From the NCBI RefSeq assembly GCF_009914755.1, contig NC_060929.1: a DNA stretch of 64,000 nucleotides. One strand, 5' to 3'. The notes under the pieces are model-generated. The model was not told where the DNA came from and did not search any database. It saw only the letters and a program-made list of their open reading frames with translations. Positions 40,181 through 60,149 of this stretch are shown piece by piece. Each line of letters starts with the position of its first letter. Positions within the stretch are counted from its first letter, which is position 1. This DNA is from the human T2T-CHM13v2.0 reference genome, Homo sapiens. The position numbers and the translations under genes are program-made.

Positions 40181-41693
40181 GTTTAAACCCACACAATCTC
40201 AGTGATCTAAGACATGCAGCTAGATCTAAACTTAAAGCATTATCTAATTCAACTTCCTCATTTTATTGGTGTTGGGAGAGGTAATGACTTCCTGATGATC
40301 ACTAAGGGATTAGAAGACAGGCCTCCTGCTCTTTCCAGGACACCAGCGGTTGTTAACCCTGCTGCGCACTCAAGCTCCTAAAATAAATGGATTTCTGCTT
40401 CCCAACCAGACCCAATTAAAATGGAATCTCTACAAGCAGAGCTCAGGCTCAGGTATTGCTTAAGAGGCCCCAGGTGGCTGTAATGTGCAGCCAGGGTTGA
40501 AGGCCAGGGCACCACATCACACTGCCTCTATCTTTGACCTCAAATAAACCACGTTGGGCATTTCTGGAGCTGAGTGTTGTTTGGGGGCTTGCCCTGCAGG
40601 GTGGCATGCATAATCCCTTTTTACTGCGAGCGCTGATCTCTGAGGGCTGGTACACAGAACCTCGACACCCTGACAGTGGGTGCACCTACGGAGCAAAAGG
40701 GGGAAAACAAACACACACGGAATGTGCTCAACTTGTTTGACATGGCTAGTATATTTTATGTTGGGTCAAAGAAATGCCTACAGGTAATTTAAAATCCAGA
40801 AGGCATATTCAAAATAACAGCCCCAACTGTTCAGCACAGGGTATGATGTACCCAGGAAACAAGTCTTGTCTCATGTTGCTTAAACAATTGTTTATAAACA
40901 GTGTGATTAATTTATTTCTGGCTTTTCTTCTAGTAGAGGAGCCCTGCATCCCTTGTTTCAGGAGAAGTGTTTAGAACATGGAGATTTCTATTGACTCATT
41001 TCTTAAGAAATTCTTATCAGGAAGCTGAGAAAATAACTGGAGACCTGGAGGAAGATGTTTTACCAAGATATGAATGATGCTATGCAAATACTTATGATAA
41101 CAATGTAGCAGTTTCCATTGATTGAGTGCTTTCTGTGTAATAGGAACTGGCATATCCCTGAACGGATGTTATCAATTTAACCTTAACAAAAGCCCCATGA
41201 AATGGGTTCTAATATTATGTCCATTTTACAGATGAAGAAAAAAGCTTGGAGATGTTTGGTCAAACACTTAAGGTCATATTGACACTAAATGGTAGATCTC
41301 AGACAGGACTGAAACCCAGGTGGGCCAGATTCCAGCACCTGCAGCCATGGCACTGTGCTGGGTGGGATGGCCCTTTGATTACATACCAGTGGTCGCCTTC
41401 CACCAAGCCAGAAGCTGGAACTTTTCCTGAACAGTAAGTCTCAATGGAAGGGATAATGTTTCAGCCTCAACACATTAGCCTAGAAGTGGGCATCCTGGAA
41501 AGAAGCTTAGGCCACCCGATTAACACATTTCTGAAAAGCAGGTACATTTTGCAAAAAGCACTAACTTTTCTAATCCTGAGTATTTGATGAGACCATTGGT
41601 GTTCTTTTAAAGTTTTTATTCTTGCTATTTTCCTGGTGTGATCTCAACAAGAACAGTGTTTTCTGAAAGATTACTTCACGTTGTGATGGGGAC

Positions 41694-42283
41694 CAAGGCC
41701 GGCTTTGTGGGTATGTGACCAGTGCATATACAGGAATCCAGACCTAGGTTTAATGCTCTGCTGTTGCCATCTTGAAATTCTTAATAACTTTATTCTTGAA
41801 TTTGTGAATATTAGTAGAATGTGTATGTATCAAAAAGTGAAATAAAAGCAGTTGAGTTAGTTTTCTGCACTACTCTGGTAAAAACAAAATACTTAAGTGT
41901 GTATGAACTACCTACCATGATCTGTATAATTTTGATAATTCCACATACAAGTTAAATGCTCTTTTATTTACATTCGAAGTTGGCATTGCACAATGTAAAA
42001 GTGAATGATAAATTGATTCATGTATCAACGATAAATGAATGATAAATTTATTCATGTATCAATGATGAATGATAAATTGGTGCTAATAATTTTAAAAATT
42101 TCTTAACTAAAACAAAGGTAATTAGCAAGTAAAAAAACACCAAGACAAGTTGGGAGGGAGTGAATGAAAAAAAAAGAAAGGCTTTAAATTTTAATACCTT
42201 TAAGAACACTTTTTCCTGCCATTCGAACAAGTTGCTTGTATTTTTATTTTGCATTTGGCCAGCAAATTATGTAGTCTGCCCTG
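41694..42283 (+). mobile_element. MER45-family hAT-Tip100 element with an internal short tandem duplication near 42000-42080
   Basis: Ends caaggccggcttt...ggtttaatgctctgctgttgccatcttgaaattcttaa and gcaaattatgtagtctgccctg. Confidence 0.8.
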
Positions 42284-43199
42284 GTAGGGGTTAATGGAGA
42301 CAAAGGAAGGTCATCCTCATTCATCTTTGATTTACCCAGATTAAGTCTGTTTTGGCTCAAAACAATGAGGTAAACGTTGAATACAATTGTAACCTCTAAA
42401 GTTCAAGGTAAAGGCCATAAGATGGCTTTTAAATGTCAAACAACTTTCCGACATTAGCAGAAACCTCTGAGGATCCAAAGTAAGTCAACTCTAAATCATT
42501 TCCTCATCCATGGGTAAAAATCTTCCAATTCACAGTGTGAAAACCTTTATTTAAAAGGGGAATTCTGATGTGCTGAAGTCAAAATTTAACAAGTGGTTTC
42601 ACTGTGAACAAACAACTGTTTCAGCTGTGGAATTAATACATATTTTTTAAAGTGGTGGAAGCTTATTCTGGCATGCACAGTCCAGATGAACAGTGAAGTA
42701 TAAGAACATGTGTTTATTTAACAAATATATTAATTGAGCAATTTCTGCACCATGGGGAAATTTTAGGGAATAAAATTGACATGGTACCTGCCCTCATAGA
42801 CTGGCAGTCTGGCTGGACAGACAGATAATAAACAAGTTAACAACAACAAAAAATATATGGTAAGTTATCATAGTTGTTATTTATAAAGGAAATAACAAGG
42901 GGCTGTAACCCGGATTATTTTTTCTTCTGCTGTGTTTTGCCTCTCACTCATTCTCTTTGCCTCTTACTCATTTTCACTTTTTTTCTATGTTTACATTTTC
43001 TCCGCTATTGATTTCATATAGAAATCTGAATACACTAATGTCGTACATGGAAATGTTAAAGATTTGTATAGCACATCCAATAGAATTGGTTGATTAGTTT
43101 TTGAGCGTTGCTGATAACAAGAGTTAGTGAGTCTGAGAGAAAGTTGTATTGCCTCCTTCCAGAGAGAAGGCACATATAGCTCTGGAGATGCTTGGTCAA

Positions 43200-43393
43200 A
43201 CAAACTTTTTACAATCATGAGAATTTTCTACATTTATATCTAAGCCAAGAGCCACTCACCACATGTGGCTAATGAACACTTGGAATATAACTAGTGTGAT
43301 TAAAAAACTGAGTTTTTAGTTGTGTTTCATTTTGGTTAAATTAAAATTTAAATAGTCATGTGTGGCTAGTGGTTACCCTATTGGACAACACAG
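43200..43393. mobile_element. MER3-like hAT element
   Basis: ccacatgtggctaatgaacacttggaa...tgtggctagtggttaccctattggacaacacag. Confidence 0.7.
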
Positions 43394-44306
43394 ATCTAGA
43401 GATCTCAAGTCAATGGACAGCCTGTTTATCACAGGGATTAACAGTGGATGATGGAGGATGATAGCCAAGAACCAAGTTAGATAGGCAATAAGTTCTTTGG
43501 AAAGTGCTTGCAAAAGTTCTCAGACTTCTCAGGAATTGGGTAAGTGTCCTAGGTTTGAGTAAGATCTGAACCTGGAAACTGGGGAAGAATCTAAGCCTGG
43601 TGAGAGAGCAGGGAAACCCATCTCCAAAGCTAAAGTTTGCATACAATCTCTGCTGTGTTGCCTAATTTATAAATAGTCTGTTCTTAAAATTATCACTCTC
43701 ATGTGGACAGAGCTTTGCAGTTAGCAAAGCAAATTCACATCAATTATTTTGTTATTTTGACAATGAAGGAGTGAAATAGGAGGATGGGGATTATCTACCA
43801 AAGAAGTCAAAACTGGAATCTTTAGCAGATTTTGTACAGGGAAATTCTCTGCTCTAAGGTTACAGTCAGCACCGCTAGTCCCTTTTCTGCCCTCAGTTAT
43901 CTGAACTAATAATCATGGAGACAGTTAAACAGAAGAGAGGGTAAGCCAGTAGACTAGAGACAGAGCATTTTTTCATCCTCTTGTCAAGTCCTACAATGTT
44001 CCAGGCACTTTACTAGGCTCTGAGGATACAACAGGCTGCAAGACTGGCAAGGTCCTTGGTATTTGTCCAATGGACAAAGAACCCCATTAGCAAGTCCCCA
44101 AAGAACCTCAAATCAAATTAATATGACTTGTTCCTACCACCTGCCACCTTGTTGTGGTCACAAGACTATGTAGTCATACCATGTCTTCCAAGTGGGGAGA
44201 GAGGCTTAAAGCATGACTGAACTGAAGCAGGCTTCCAAAAGGAATTTTCTGATAATTATATTTTACCAGTTAAGTTAGATAAAGTTATTATCTTTTAAGA
44301 GATTCT

Positions 44307-44606
<300 letters not shown>

Positions 44607-45665
44607 CTAATAATTCTAATATGTGTCATAACTTGAAGCCCTGAATCACAATCAATGCTAGCACACCTTGGACAATTCTGATCCACAAAAGTCTAGGACC
44701 ATGGCTCTAAACCGTTAATATGCATAACAGTCATGTTAGTAAAAATGTCATTTACAAGCCCTGCACTGATTCAATGAGTGGGACCCAGGAATCTGTGTTT
44801 TTACTAAGCTGCCAGATGATTCTAATGTGAGTGATCTGCAGATCATGCTTTGATGGAAAAACGATCAAGAAAAATAAAAATAAAAGTTGCAAATAAGGGA
44901 ATATATTTGCACTCCCCAAATTTCCAACAATAATATATACACAGAGAGCGCTAAAAGAAATTGGGATATTTATTAAGAAAAACAAAAGCCTCAGAAAGAA
45001 CCTATGGCCAAATATGCCTAAAGTGCTGTCCTAACGTAAAAGATGTAACCTGTTTTTCTCTTTCTCAAGGCAGAACGAGGGTTAGTGAGTAGAAGCCACA
45101 GGGATGGAAACGTCAACTCAATATCAGGAAAACCTTTCAAGCTCTAGAGCTGCCCAAACTTTGAGCAGACTGCTCAGATGGGAAGCTTCTCTCATTGCAG
45201 GAGTTCAAGCAGAGATGGGATGCCCATCACCAGTGATGACAAGGAAACTGTTGATTTGTTAGCAATTCCCTCAGCTCCTGATAAACCTTGTGTACACCTG
45301 CAGTGATGTTCACCGTACTGTAATATCTTGCTAGTGTATCCCTTGCTTCAGTGGTTCATGTTTATATCTGCTGCATGCTGCCTTCTGCATTAAATGCTCA
45401 ATACATAGTTCCCGTGAATCAAACTTCAGAACCTAATAAATTGAGTTCCAGAATCTGCAAACCTGGAGTTCTGATGGGCTTCCTATAACCTCAAAAGGAA
45501 AATCTGGGTTTTACAGCCACCTCTTCTACTATCCACAATGAACCTTTAGCAATTTATCTGCTCTTCTTCAGTAAAGTTTTAAAGTTTCCTTCAATAAAGG
45601 TCTTATACTTTTCAAAAAAAACCATTTTTTTTAAGGAACTTTAGTTATTGCTTCTGTGGATGGTG

Positions 45666-45745
45666 TTTTATTTTTATTTTTATTTTTATTTTGAGACAGG
45701 GTCTGGCTCTGTCACCCAAGCTGGAGTGGAGTGCAGTGGCACAGT
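45666..45745 (-). mobile_element. Alu 3' fragment
   Basis: (TTTTTA)n followed by gagacagggtctggctctgtcacccaagctggagt. Confidence 0.85.
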
Positions 45746-48154
45746 AGTATTTTTCTTAATTCACATACTAATTGGTTTTTTCTCATGTGTAGGAAAGTCA
45801 CTGAGGATTGAGTGTTATCTCATATCGTCCATCCTTATGAAATATCTTATTACTTTTCACAGTTTACAGTGGATTTTCCTGGAAGATGATTATAATAGAT
45901 CATACAGATGGTTAATAAATAATGGAAGCTTTGCTCTCTTTTTCCAGTTTTTTTATATTTCTTCTTTCTGTTCTTTGGATTTTGTATGTACAATGTTGAC
46001 CACAAGAGATGATAAGACATCATTGTCTTATTCCTCACTTTAGTGGGAATGCAGCTAATGTTTTATCATTAGGTTATTTCTTTTCTTCTCTGCCACTATG
46101 TGCACTATGGGTTTCCTAGAGTGGGAAAAGTGATTTCTATAAAACCAAGACAGATATTGGTGGGTGGGGAAAACACAGCTGCAGAACAAGATTAAGGATG
46201 AGACAAGGACAAAGAGGCTGGCTCCAAATTCACTGAGAATCTGAGTTTGCACATTTGATGAACCTCTTAGAATTCCACACACTGGCATTATGCCTCTTTC
46301 TAATACATGCATGCAGACAAATTAAAATTGCCCTCAAAATATTTATATGAAAATAATTCATGTTTAGAAGCTATATTTAGAAGACTATGTAACCTATATG
46401 TCTAGACAAATGGTGTCATCATTCAACCAAATGCTGTCTTCACTTCTATTTTGATCACGGGTTGCATATTTCCAAAGACACTTCTTGTCCAACAGAAAAT
46501 AGTCAAACACAATTGCAGACATCTCTGCTACTGTGTACACTAGTTAGTACAATTTTAGCAATCAAAACCCTCTAAGAATGTCTTTCAAAAGCATATTTTA
46601 TTTCATTGGCTACCCATTTGCTTATTTAATAATAAAATTTCATGTAAGTAAAAGGGCCATAAGGATAGGACCAAGCTTGGGAGACCTATGATTCTAAACC
46701 ATTGAGGCCAGGCTTGGCTGTTTCTAATTCAACTTGGAAAAGTAAAATTCCATTTTGTCAAAAAGACTTTAAAGGAAGGAGGCCCCACAATATCAGAGTG
46801 TTGTCATGAACTGGGTCTTCTCAATGTGAATCTTGTAGACTAAGTTCTCTATACCTTTTAGGATCTCAGGGAAGATTTAACAAACAAAACCTAATTTTCA
46901 ATTTTGAGTATTTTAATCCTTCATAAATCTGAAGAGAATCAGGAACACCTTTCATCAGCAAAAATGATCAATCAATTGATCATCTACTGTTATACAGATA
47001 CTATGTTAGAGACTATACAGTTCCTAGAGAAGAGGAAGCCATAGTTTCTCCCCTCAAGGAATACTTGATATAACAGGAATTAAATAAGGAATTGTATACT
47101 CTAAAGCAGTATGAATGTCATGAGAAATAGTGCTGTAAACAGGCCACTGCTATCCAGCAGAAATAGAGAACAAATGCCCAAGTTGAAGAAATGTGAAAAA
47201 GGTATGTTCTGAAAACCATAGGAAGAAGAGTTTGATCCCAATCCTGAGATGAACTTCTTTTAAATTGATTCTTTGTTTGAATAATCAACGGGTACCCAAA
47301 GATAGAAGTCAACAGGTGGTTAATAAGAATAGGTCCATCTGATCTAAACTTACTTCCTTTAAAAAAAATGAGTATGAAAATGCCTTCATTTGAAGAAGGA
47401 ATGTTTTCCATGGTTTGTAGGCAAACTAGAGAAATATGAACAAAATGGTAGAGTTGATAGATTAAAAAATGACTCATCAACTTTATCCAAAAAGTCAAGG
47501 TGATCATGGAAAGTTGTAATCTTAACTCTGACTCTAAGTGGCTGGACAAGGCTGAGTTTTGAAGTCAGAAACAGTTGGGTCTGAATTCCAGCTTTGTTGT
47601 TTACTACTTGTGTGACTTTGGGCATGTTACTTACCCTAACACTCAATTTTCTCATCTTTAAAATGACAATGATCATAATACCTTACTTCTTTGAGTTATA
47701 AAAATTAGATGCAAATGATGGACTTAGGGCTCTCAAATATAGTAACAAACATTCTTTTCTGGAATAATGTTAGGTTTCATAATCATAATCATTATTATTA
47801 ATAAAATGGAAGGAGGTCTCTAGTGACCTGTCCAGTACTTTTTAAATGTTTGCCTTGGGTGAGGAAAATGAAGGTATGCCTATAAAATTGTAAATTTTAT
47901 ACATGCAGCTAGAAATTTATCTTACATTTTTATGATTTATATTTTGCCCCCATGGTTGAATTTTACAGTTATTTTTATTTAGCTCCATCTCTTCAATACC
48001 AGCTGATTGGTTTCTTTTTAAATCCTTAAGCCTGCCCTCTAATATGTTAGTTCTCCCTCAGAGCCACAGAAAAAGTGTCTTGATTTAGTAACATGATACA
48101 AGATTATTCCATTTATGGAGATAGGGATGACTCAGAAAACTTGTGGTTGGAGGG

Positions 48155-48583
48155 TGAGATAGTTTGGATGTTCATCCCCTTCAAATCCCATGTTGAAGTG
48201 TAATCTCCAGAGTTGGAGGTTGGGCCTAGTGTGAGGTGTCTGGGTTATGGGGGTGGAGGCCACATGAATGGCTTGGTGCCCTCCTTGCAGTAACAAGCGA
48301 ATTGTCACTCTACTAGTTATTGTGAGATCTGGTTGTTAAAAAGAGTCTAGCATCTCCCTCCTCTCTTTCTCTCTCTTGCTCCCCTTCTTGCCTTGAGACA
48401 TGTATGAACCCCCCTTCATCTTCTGCCATGAGTAAAAGCTTCCTGAGGCCTCACCAGAAGCTGAGCCAATGCTGATGCCATGCTCGTACAGCCTGTAGAG
48501 CCATTAGACAAATAAACCTCTTTTCCTTGTAAATTACCCAGCCTCAAGTATTCATTTATAGCAACACAAAATGGGCCAATACA
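48155..48583 (+). mobile_element. MST (MaLR) solo LTR
   Basis: tgagatagtttggatgtt...gtaaattacccagcctcaagtattc...aataca; TSD gaggg/ggggg. Confidence 0.88.
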
Positions 48584-49019
48584 GGGGGTAAGTGTATAGA
48601 GCTAAGAATTCTGTTTTGGTTGCATCACATTTCATTTAAGATTTCCAAGAGACACCTATATGGGGTTGTCAAGGAAGCAAATTGGATCTTCTCTCTGGAT
48701 CTCAGAGGAGTGTTATGCCCTGGAGATATTGATCAAAGAGTGAGGTGACAGCATGAAGACTGTATTTAAAGTTATAGATGGTGAATGTATAAAGTAAGAG
48801 CATAGTCTGAGAAGAGTATCAAGAGCCAAGTCCTGAAGAACTCCAACAGTTTGAGGCCAGAGAGAGGGGAAGAGCCTCTAAAAGAGACTGGGAAAAAGTT
48901 GCTGGTGAGTTAGCAAGAAAACCAGGAAAGTATGGTGTTAAGGAAAATTAAGGTAGGAAGTATTTTAAGAAGGAAGCTAGGCCAACTCTAAGAGGTCAAG
49001 TAAGGATACCTTTTCAAAA

Positions 49020-49985
49020 TTTGAAACTTCTGTAAGTCAAAAGTTAACCAAAGTTAAAAAGCAAGCAGGAGATGGGGAGGTGTATTTGCCAATTCTATGA
49101 CACCAGATGAATATACAGAATATAACAAAGAACACCCAGAAATTAATAAGAAAAATACAACAAAGTTGTCACAAAAAGGGCCAAACACATAAAGATGCAC
49201 TTTATATAAGAATAAATATAAATAGTATATAACTAATTTAAAAGAGGTTCAATCTGACAAACCGCTAAGTAATGCAAATTAAATGATACAGCAATTACTT
49301 TTACACTAACCTAATATTTTTTAATTAAGAAAATATGAAAGATTGATAATATTCAATGTTGGTGAGGAGAACTCACACTCACAGATGAGAATGCAAATTG
49401 TTACAGTGTGTTAGGATGCCAATATTATAGTAAACATAAACATTTTAAATGAGCATACCTGTCAATACAGCAATTTCATTTTTGGTAGCTATCTGAAAGA
49501 AATACTAGCACATGCACCAAGAAATGTGTTCAAGGGCATTACAAACAGTACAGTTTGCAATGACAAATAATTGGAAATACTTACATGCCCACTAACAGCA
49601 AATAATTAAATAAATTTTAATATGTATTTTTAGTACAGAAGATTATGGAACAGCTGAAACAAGTGAGTTAGAGCTATATTTTCCCCAGTGAAAAGATCTT
49701 CAAAATGTATTGTTAAAGGATAAAAAAACAAGATGTAGAAAAGTACATATAAAATGATCCCATTTACATAGAGTGAGAAAAAGTTATATTTCTATGGTTT
49801 TTATGAATGTCTGTAAATACATTGAAATGATCAGCAGACTAATGTTAACTATTGCCTCTGGGAACAGGGGTAGGATTAGCAGGATAAAAGCTGATACTGA
49901 TTTTCATTGTTTTGGTTTTATATTTCTTCAATTCATCTGAATTTGCTAATGATCTACTTGTGGGATTTTTAAGAAAAATGCAAAA
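49020..49985 (+). mobile_element. Old L1ME-type 3' fragment
   Basis: Degenerate ORF2 C-terminal and 3'UTR motifs (cagcaatttcatttttgg, tggaaatacttacatgccca). Confidence 0.6.
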
Positions 49986-50286
49986 ATTGTCTTAGTTGTG
50001 TTAAGTTAAAACAATTGATCAGAAGAATTAATTTTAGAATTTGTTAATTCATCAAGAGTTTAAGTTCCTATTACATATCAGACAATATGTAGAGTATTTG
50101 GTATACGGCAGTGAATAAAATAGGCAGAATTCCTGTCCTTTGTAAGATTTAACCTCTAGCAGATGCAGGTTTCAACTATTCTGTATAGGCTACCCTTACT
50201 CTTATAAGATTCTCCACTCCCACAGTAAAACATCACAGACCAACTTCCTGCACTTTTCATGAACTCATGAAGAAACTTATGGAAGA

Positions 50287-56031
<5,745 letters not shown>

Positions 56032-57938
56032 TGGTAATTGTACTCATACCATATAAGTTTCTTCAAAAAAAAAAAAGAAATTTATGGAAGAAAATATGGA
56101 GTGTACATCCATATGCCATCTCTAAATTGTCTCTTTGCTTTACAATGATCCTGCAGATTACCAGACGCAGCAGGATTTTAACAATACATCTTATTTAGTA
56201 AAATAGGCTTTCTTGGGCTGCCCTGGAAACTCCCAAACTCTCTATGAAAAAAACCATCAACTGCTAAACAACTGACTTAGCAAATGTATTACCAGAGCAT
56301 ACGCTGTTTGTAAGTTGTCAACAGCCTGTACTTAGGCAACTGCTAGATTAAATAGCTAAAAACTATTTGGCACCCACACAGAAGTTCTTGTACACACACT
56401 TTATGGTTGAATTCTTTCTATGACACTCCTGAAGGCATAATAATTAAGAGAGAATGTCGGTTTCTAGGAGTATCCTTTGGGGTCTTTCCACCAGCTGAAA
56501 CCACAACACCATGCTAGGCTTTAGCTACAAATCTGCCTACACTTGTAGCAAAAAATGGAATTCATGCTCTGAGCAGCCTCTGAGGCACAGGATTTATATT
56601 TTATAGCAATTCTTATTTTTCTTTTCTTCTTTTCTTACACATGCAAATGAAAATATCCCCCAATTTTCAGCCGCCAGAACAGCTGAATACTAATCATCAT
56701 CAGAAAAATTAAATGCTTGTTTCAAAGAAGGAACTACTCCTTAGAAATTCCTGCGCATCTCAGGGCAAAGAAAAAAATGTCACTGGCAATCCTGTTTTGC
56801 TACAGGATGAATGTATTTATCACACATAGCTTTGCATAGCTGAGAACAATTCTAGCCCAGGGTGACCAGAAAAGTCTCAGGGTTTGGAAAGAGGTACCAT
56901 AACTAGACACTGAACATTTAACTCCAAAGTCACTTCCACCTCCATCCACTTATGTGACCTTGGGGAAAAAAAATCGCTGGACCTGTCGGTATTCTCTTAT
57001 ATTTCATTTCCTTCCTTGTACTGTTCTATCTGCCTGAAATGGCTTCCCTGCCTTCTCCTCCATGTCTCAAATTCTTAGGAAATACTGTTCTGTGTTCTGT
57101 AAAGCCTTCCCTGAGCTTCTTAAGCCAAATCAGCTTCCTTTCCTTTCTACCCCAATTCTAGATTGCCCATACATCCATTATATCACATGGTATTACTGTT
57201 GTATATTTATTATGGTATTTATTTTAGTTTATCATGTTATTTATGGCCATATTAGGTTCTCAGGCACTACGTTATTACTATTGGTCCTAATATTAAATAA
57301 AACTTCTAGTACCATTGTGAGTGCTTACTGTATGTCATGCCCTATATGAATATATTATCTCTACTCATCAGAAAACACACATGAGATGAGAATTAACATT
57401 CTCATCTGTTTTAAAGGTGAGGAAAGTAAAACCAAGAGAGAGTATGCAGATGGCTAGTAGGAGCACCGAGAATCAAGACAAAACCTATTTTACTTTAAAA
57501 TCCATGCTTTTAACCACTACTCTAAAGTAACACCTTTAAATAATAATAGATAACATTTACTAAATACTTGTTAAGTGTCAGGCTCTGTACCGTGCACTCC
57601 ACATATACTAGCTAATTTGATTCTCATAAAAACTCTGTGATGTAGATATAGTGATTATTATCTTAAGTTTTTAAAAAATGAAATTGAGGTTAATAATGTT
57701 TAAACGACCTGCCCAAGGTCACAGAACTATGGGGACTTGATTAGAATTCAAGTCAATCTCCCTCCAGAGCCTGAGTTCTTAACCATTGCTGTATTCCATG
57801 ACCAGATAGTAGAATCTTTTATAATCTTTGCAAACTCTATGCAGGTTTCAGGGATAACCCCTTTGGAAACAGAAAACTGGAGCATTACCCCTTCTGAGTA
57901 ATACAAATCAACCAAATCAATGAACTCCCTTAGTATAC

Positions 57939-57942
57939 TCAC
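57939..57942 (-). CDS. HTR4: Read-through end of isoform 5-HT4(n): AGG TGA, protein stops at R359
   Basis: The unspliced donor reads CTA AGG TGA, consistent with the known tail-less n variant. Confidence 0.8.
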
Positions 57943-58511
57943 CTTAGTACATGTGTGGATCCATTAATGGTTGTGGTTGAACAAGGGACAGTCTGGCCCA
58001 GAATGGAAGGTCTTCGGTAGCGCTCATCATCACAGCAGAGGATGATGAGGAAGGCACGTCTAAAAGACTTATTCAAGAAGGCGTAGAGAAAAGGGTTCAA
58101 CCCGGAATTGATATAGCCGAGCCAGAGGAAAGCAGTCCACACCTGCCCAGGGACAGTGTAGTCTATGAAAGGATCCACAATATTGGTGACAAAGAATGGT
58201 GCCCAGCAGAGGCAGAAGCAACCCATGATGATGCACAGGGTCTTGGCTGCTTTGGTCTCTGTCCTCATGCGATGAGTGCTATGCTGGTCTGCCGACTGAG
58301 GCCTGCTCTCGGAGGAGGCTCCTGCCCGTTGTAACATCTGGATCTGATGGGCATGCTCCTTAGCTGTGACATAGATGCGGTAATAGGCCAGCACCATGAG
58401 GAGAAATGGGATGTAGAAGGCCACCACAGAGCAGGTGATGGCGTAGGGCTTGTTGACCATGAAGACACAGTACGTAGAGTTAGAGTTCTGGTTGAACTTC
58501 CTCTTTTCTAT
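57943..58511 (-). CDS. HTR4: 5-HT4 receptor constitutive coding exon (569 nt; ECL2, TM5-TM7, proximal C-tail)
   Basis: Translation [23 protein letters not shown]...[21 protein letters not shown]...NSGLNPFLY...LCCDDE...STHVLR matches the recalled human 5-HT4 sequence and has class A GPCR motifs CWxP and NPxxY. Acceptor ctCAG|ATA at 58514-58512; donor AG|GTGAGT at 57943/57942. Confidence 0.98.
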
Positions 58512-58513
58512 CT

Positions 58514-58732
58514 GAGAGTTGGAGGGAGAGAGGAAATGAGGAAAGGAGGTAAAAAGGAAAGAAAAAGTGAAAAAGAAGTGGGAAAAATGGGGAAGAGTGT
58601 GAGAAAAGAAAAAGGGAAAAGGAAGAAAGTGGAGGATTGGAAGATAAAAAGAAGGGGAAGAGAACAAGGAAAGAAAATGGGAGAATAAAAGAGTAAAGGG
58701 GAAAGGAAAGAAAAGAAAGTTTATCAGCAAAG
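58514..58732 (-). promoter_or_regulatory. About 220-nt AG-free polypyrimidine tract with distant branch-point candidate (GCTGAT, A at 58724)
   Basis: No minus-strand AG between the acceptor (58513-58512) and 58734-58733; the tract is almost entirely pyrimidine on the sense strand. Confidence 0.85.
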
Positions 58733-58951
58733 CTTTGGTTTTCTTATAAGCCTACAATACAAAGAACCTTGATGACAGAAAAGGAACATGATCATATCCC
58801 AGGGCCCAGAGAACTTATCTGTACAAGAGGAACTGAAGGCTCCAGGACAGAAGAGAAATAAAATAGAGACAGAATCATTTATTACATTTACCCAACCAGA
58901 AGTGAAATTCTGCCTCTGTTCTCCCTTCCCTGTCTGCTTGCACATAACAGA

Positions 58952-59170
58952 TCAGTCTCTTAACAGAATGTCTGCAGATCAGTAACATTAGAGTCACCTG
59001 CAGTACATATTATAAGTGCAGATTCCTGCCCACTCCCTGCTGCCACCCCTCCACTCTCATCCCTGAAAGATCTACTAATTCTAAATCTCTGGGCAATGAA
59101 GCTCAGATATATGCATTTTAAGCAAGTTTTTTCCAATAACTCTAAAGCTCATTAATATTTGAGAACCATT
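58952..59170. mobile_element. MER5-type hAT element
   Basis: cagtctcttaac...gagtcacctg...gtgcagattcct...tttgagaaccattg. Confidence 0.65.
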
Positions 59171-60102
59171 GCTCTATACTGTGCTAAACTTAGCTCTTTG
59201 GGGGATGCCATGGGGCACTTTTCTAGAGTCATTTCTCTACGTATTGAGTTCCCTGATGAAGGTTTGTCTCATTTAGATAACACAGAGTAACACAGAGTAA
59301 CAGCCTGTGTTATAGTGTAACAGCTTGTGTTTTAGTGTAACAGCCAAGAGGGGCCTTAGGGCTTGGGGGAAAGAAAGGGTAGATATTTTAATGGAAGAAA
59401 AGAATATAAAGATTGGGTAGGGCAAGGTCATGAGGGACTTTGGAACCCAACCAGAGTTAGAACCTAGACAACACTCAATGCTTCAACTTACTCTCCTCCC
59501 AGTCTCTCCTGAACCCACTCCATTTAGGTGTTCACCCTAATCACTCCATTGAAAATGCTCTGGTCAAGGCTATCAATGACCTCTGTGTTGCCATTCCTCC
59601 TTTTAAATGAGCCATCTACACCTTTGACATAGCTGAACCTTCCATCCTTCTTCTTTTTTCGAATATTTTATTGAACCAAAATACGTATAAAGTACATAAA
59701 GTGTATATACAGATGAATCAATTATTACATAGTAAATATGCCTGTGTAATTATTATTCAAATCAAACTATAGAATATTATCAACAACCCAGCAGCCTCCC
59801 AAATGCCTTCTCCTAGTCATTAATATGCCCAAACATAGCCACTCATCTACATCATCATAATGTAATTTTATTTGTTTTCCAACTAAGTATCAATATAATA
59901 ATAAAACACACAATCTGTATCTTCTTTAATATTGTATCACTCACATTATTGCATGTACAGGCAGTTTATTCTTTTTCATTGTAGTATAATATTGCATTAT
60001 AGGAATAAACTACAATATTACATATTCCAATATTGACAGACATTTGAGTCATTTTTGGGTTTGTGCTATTTTGCATAAAACTGTTATGAATATTCTTGTG
60101 GA

Positions 60103-60106
<4 letters not shown>

Positions 60107-60147
<41 letters not shown>
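60107..60147. repeat. (TG)n microsatellite
   Basis: Directly visible. Confidence 0.97.

Positions 60148-60149
<2 letters not shown>

Noticed and set aside
58265-58688. Overlapping and antisense ORFs on the HTR4 exon
   Set aside because: Shadow frames of a coding exon plus a stop-poor purine tract; no independent evidence.
58512-58730. N-terminal 73 aa of the 263-aa ORF (F/L/P/S-rich)
   Set aside because: Translation of the intronic polypyrimidine tract; the exon starts at 58511.
59277-59345. Short nested tandem repeats (taacacagag, gtgtaacagc)
   Set aside because: Consistent with ordinary replication slippage.
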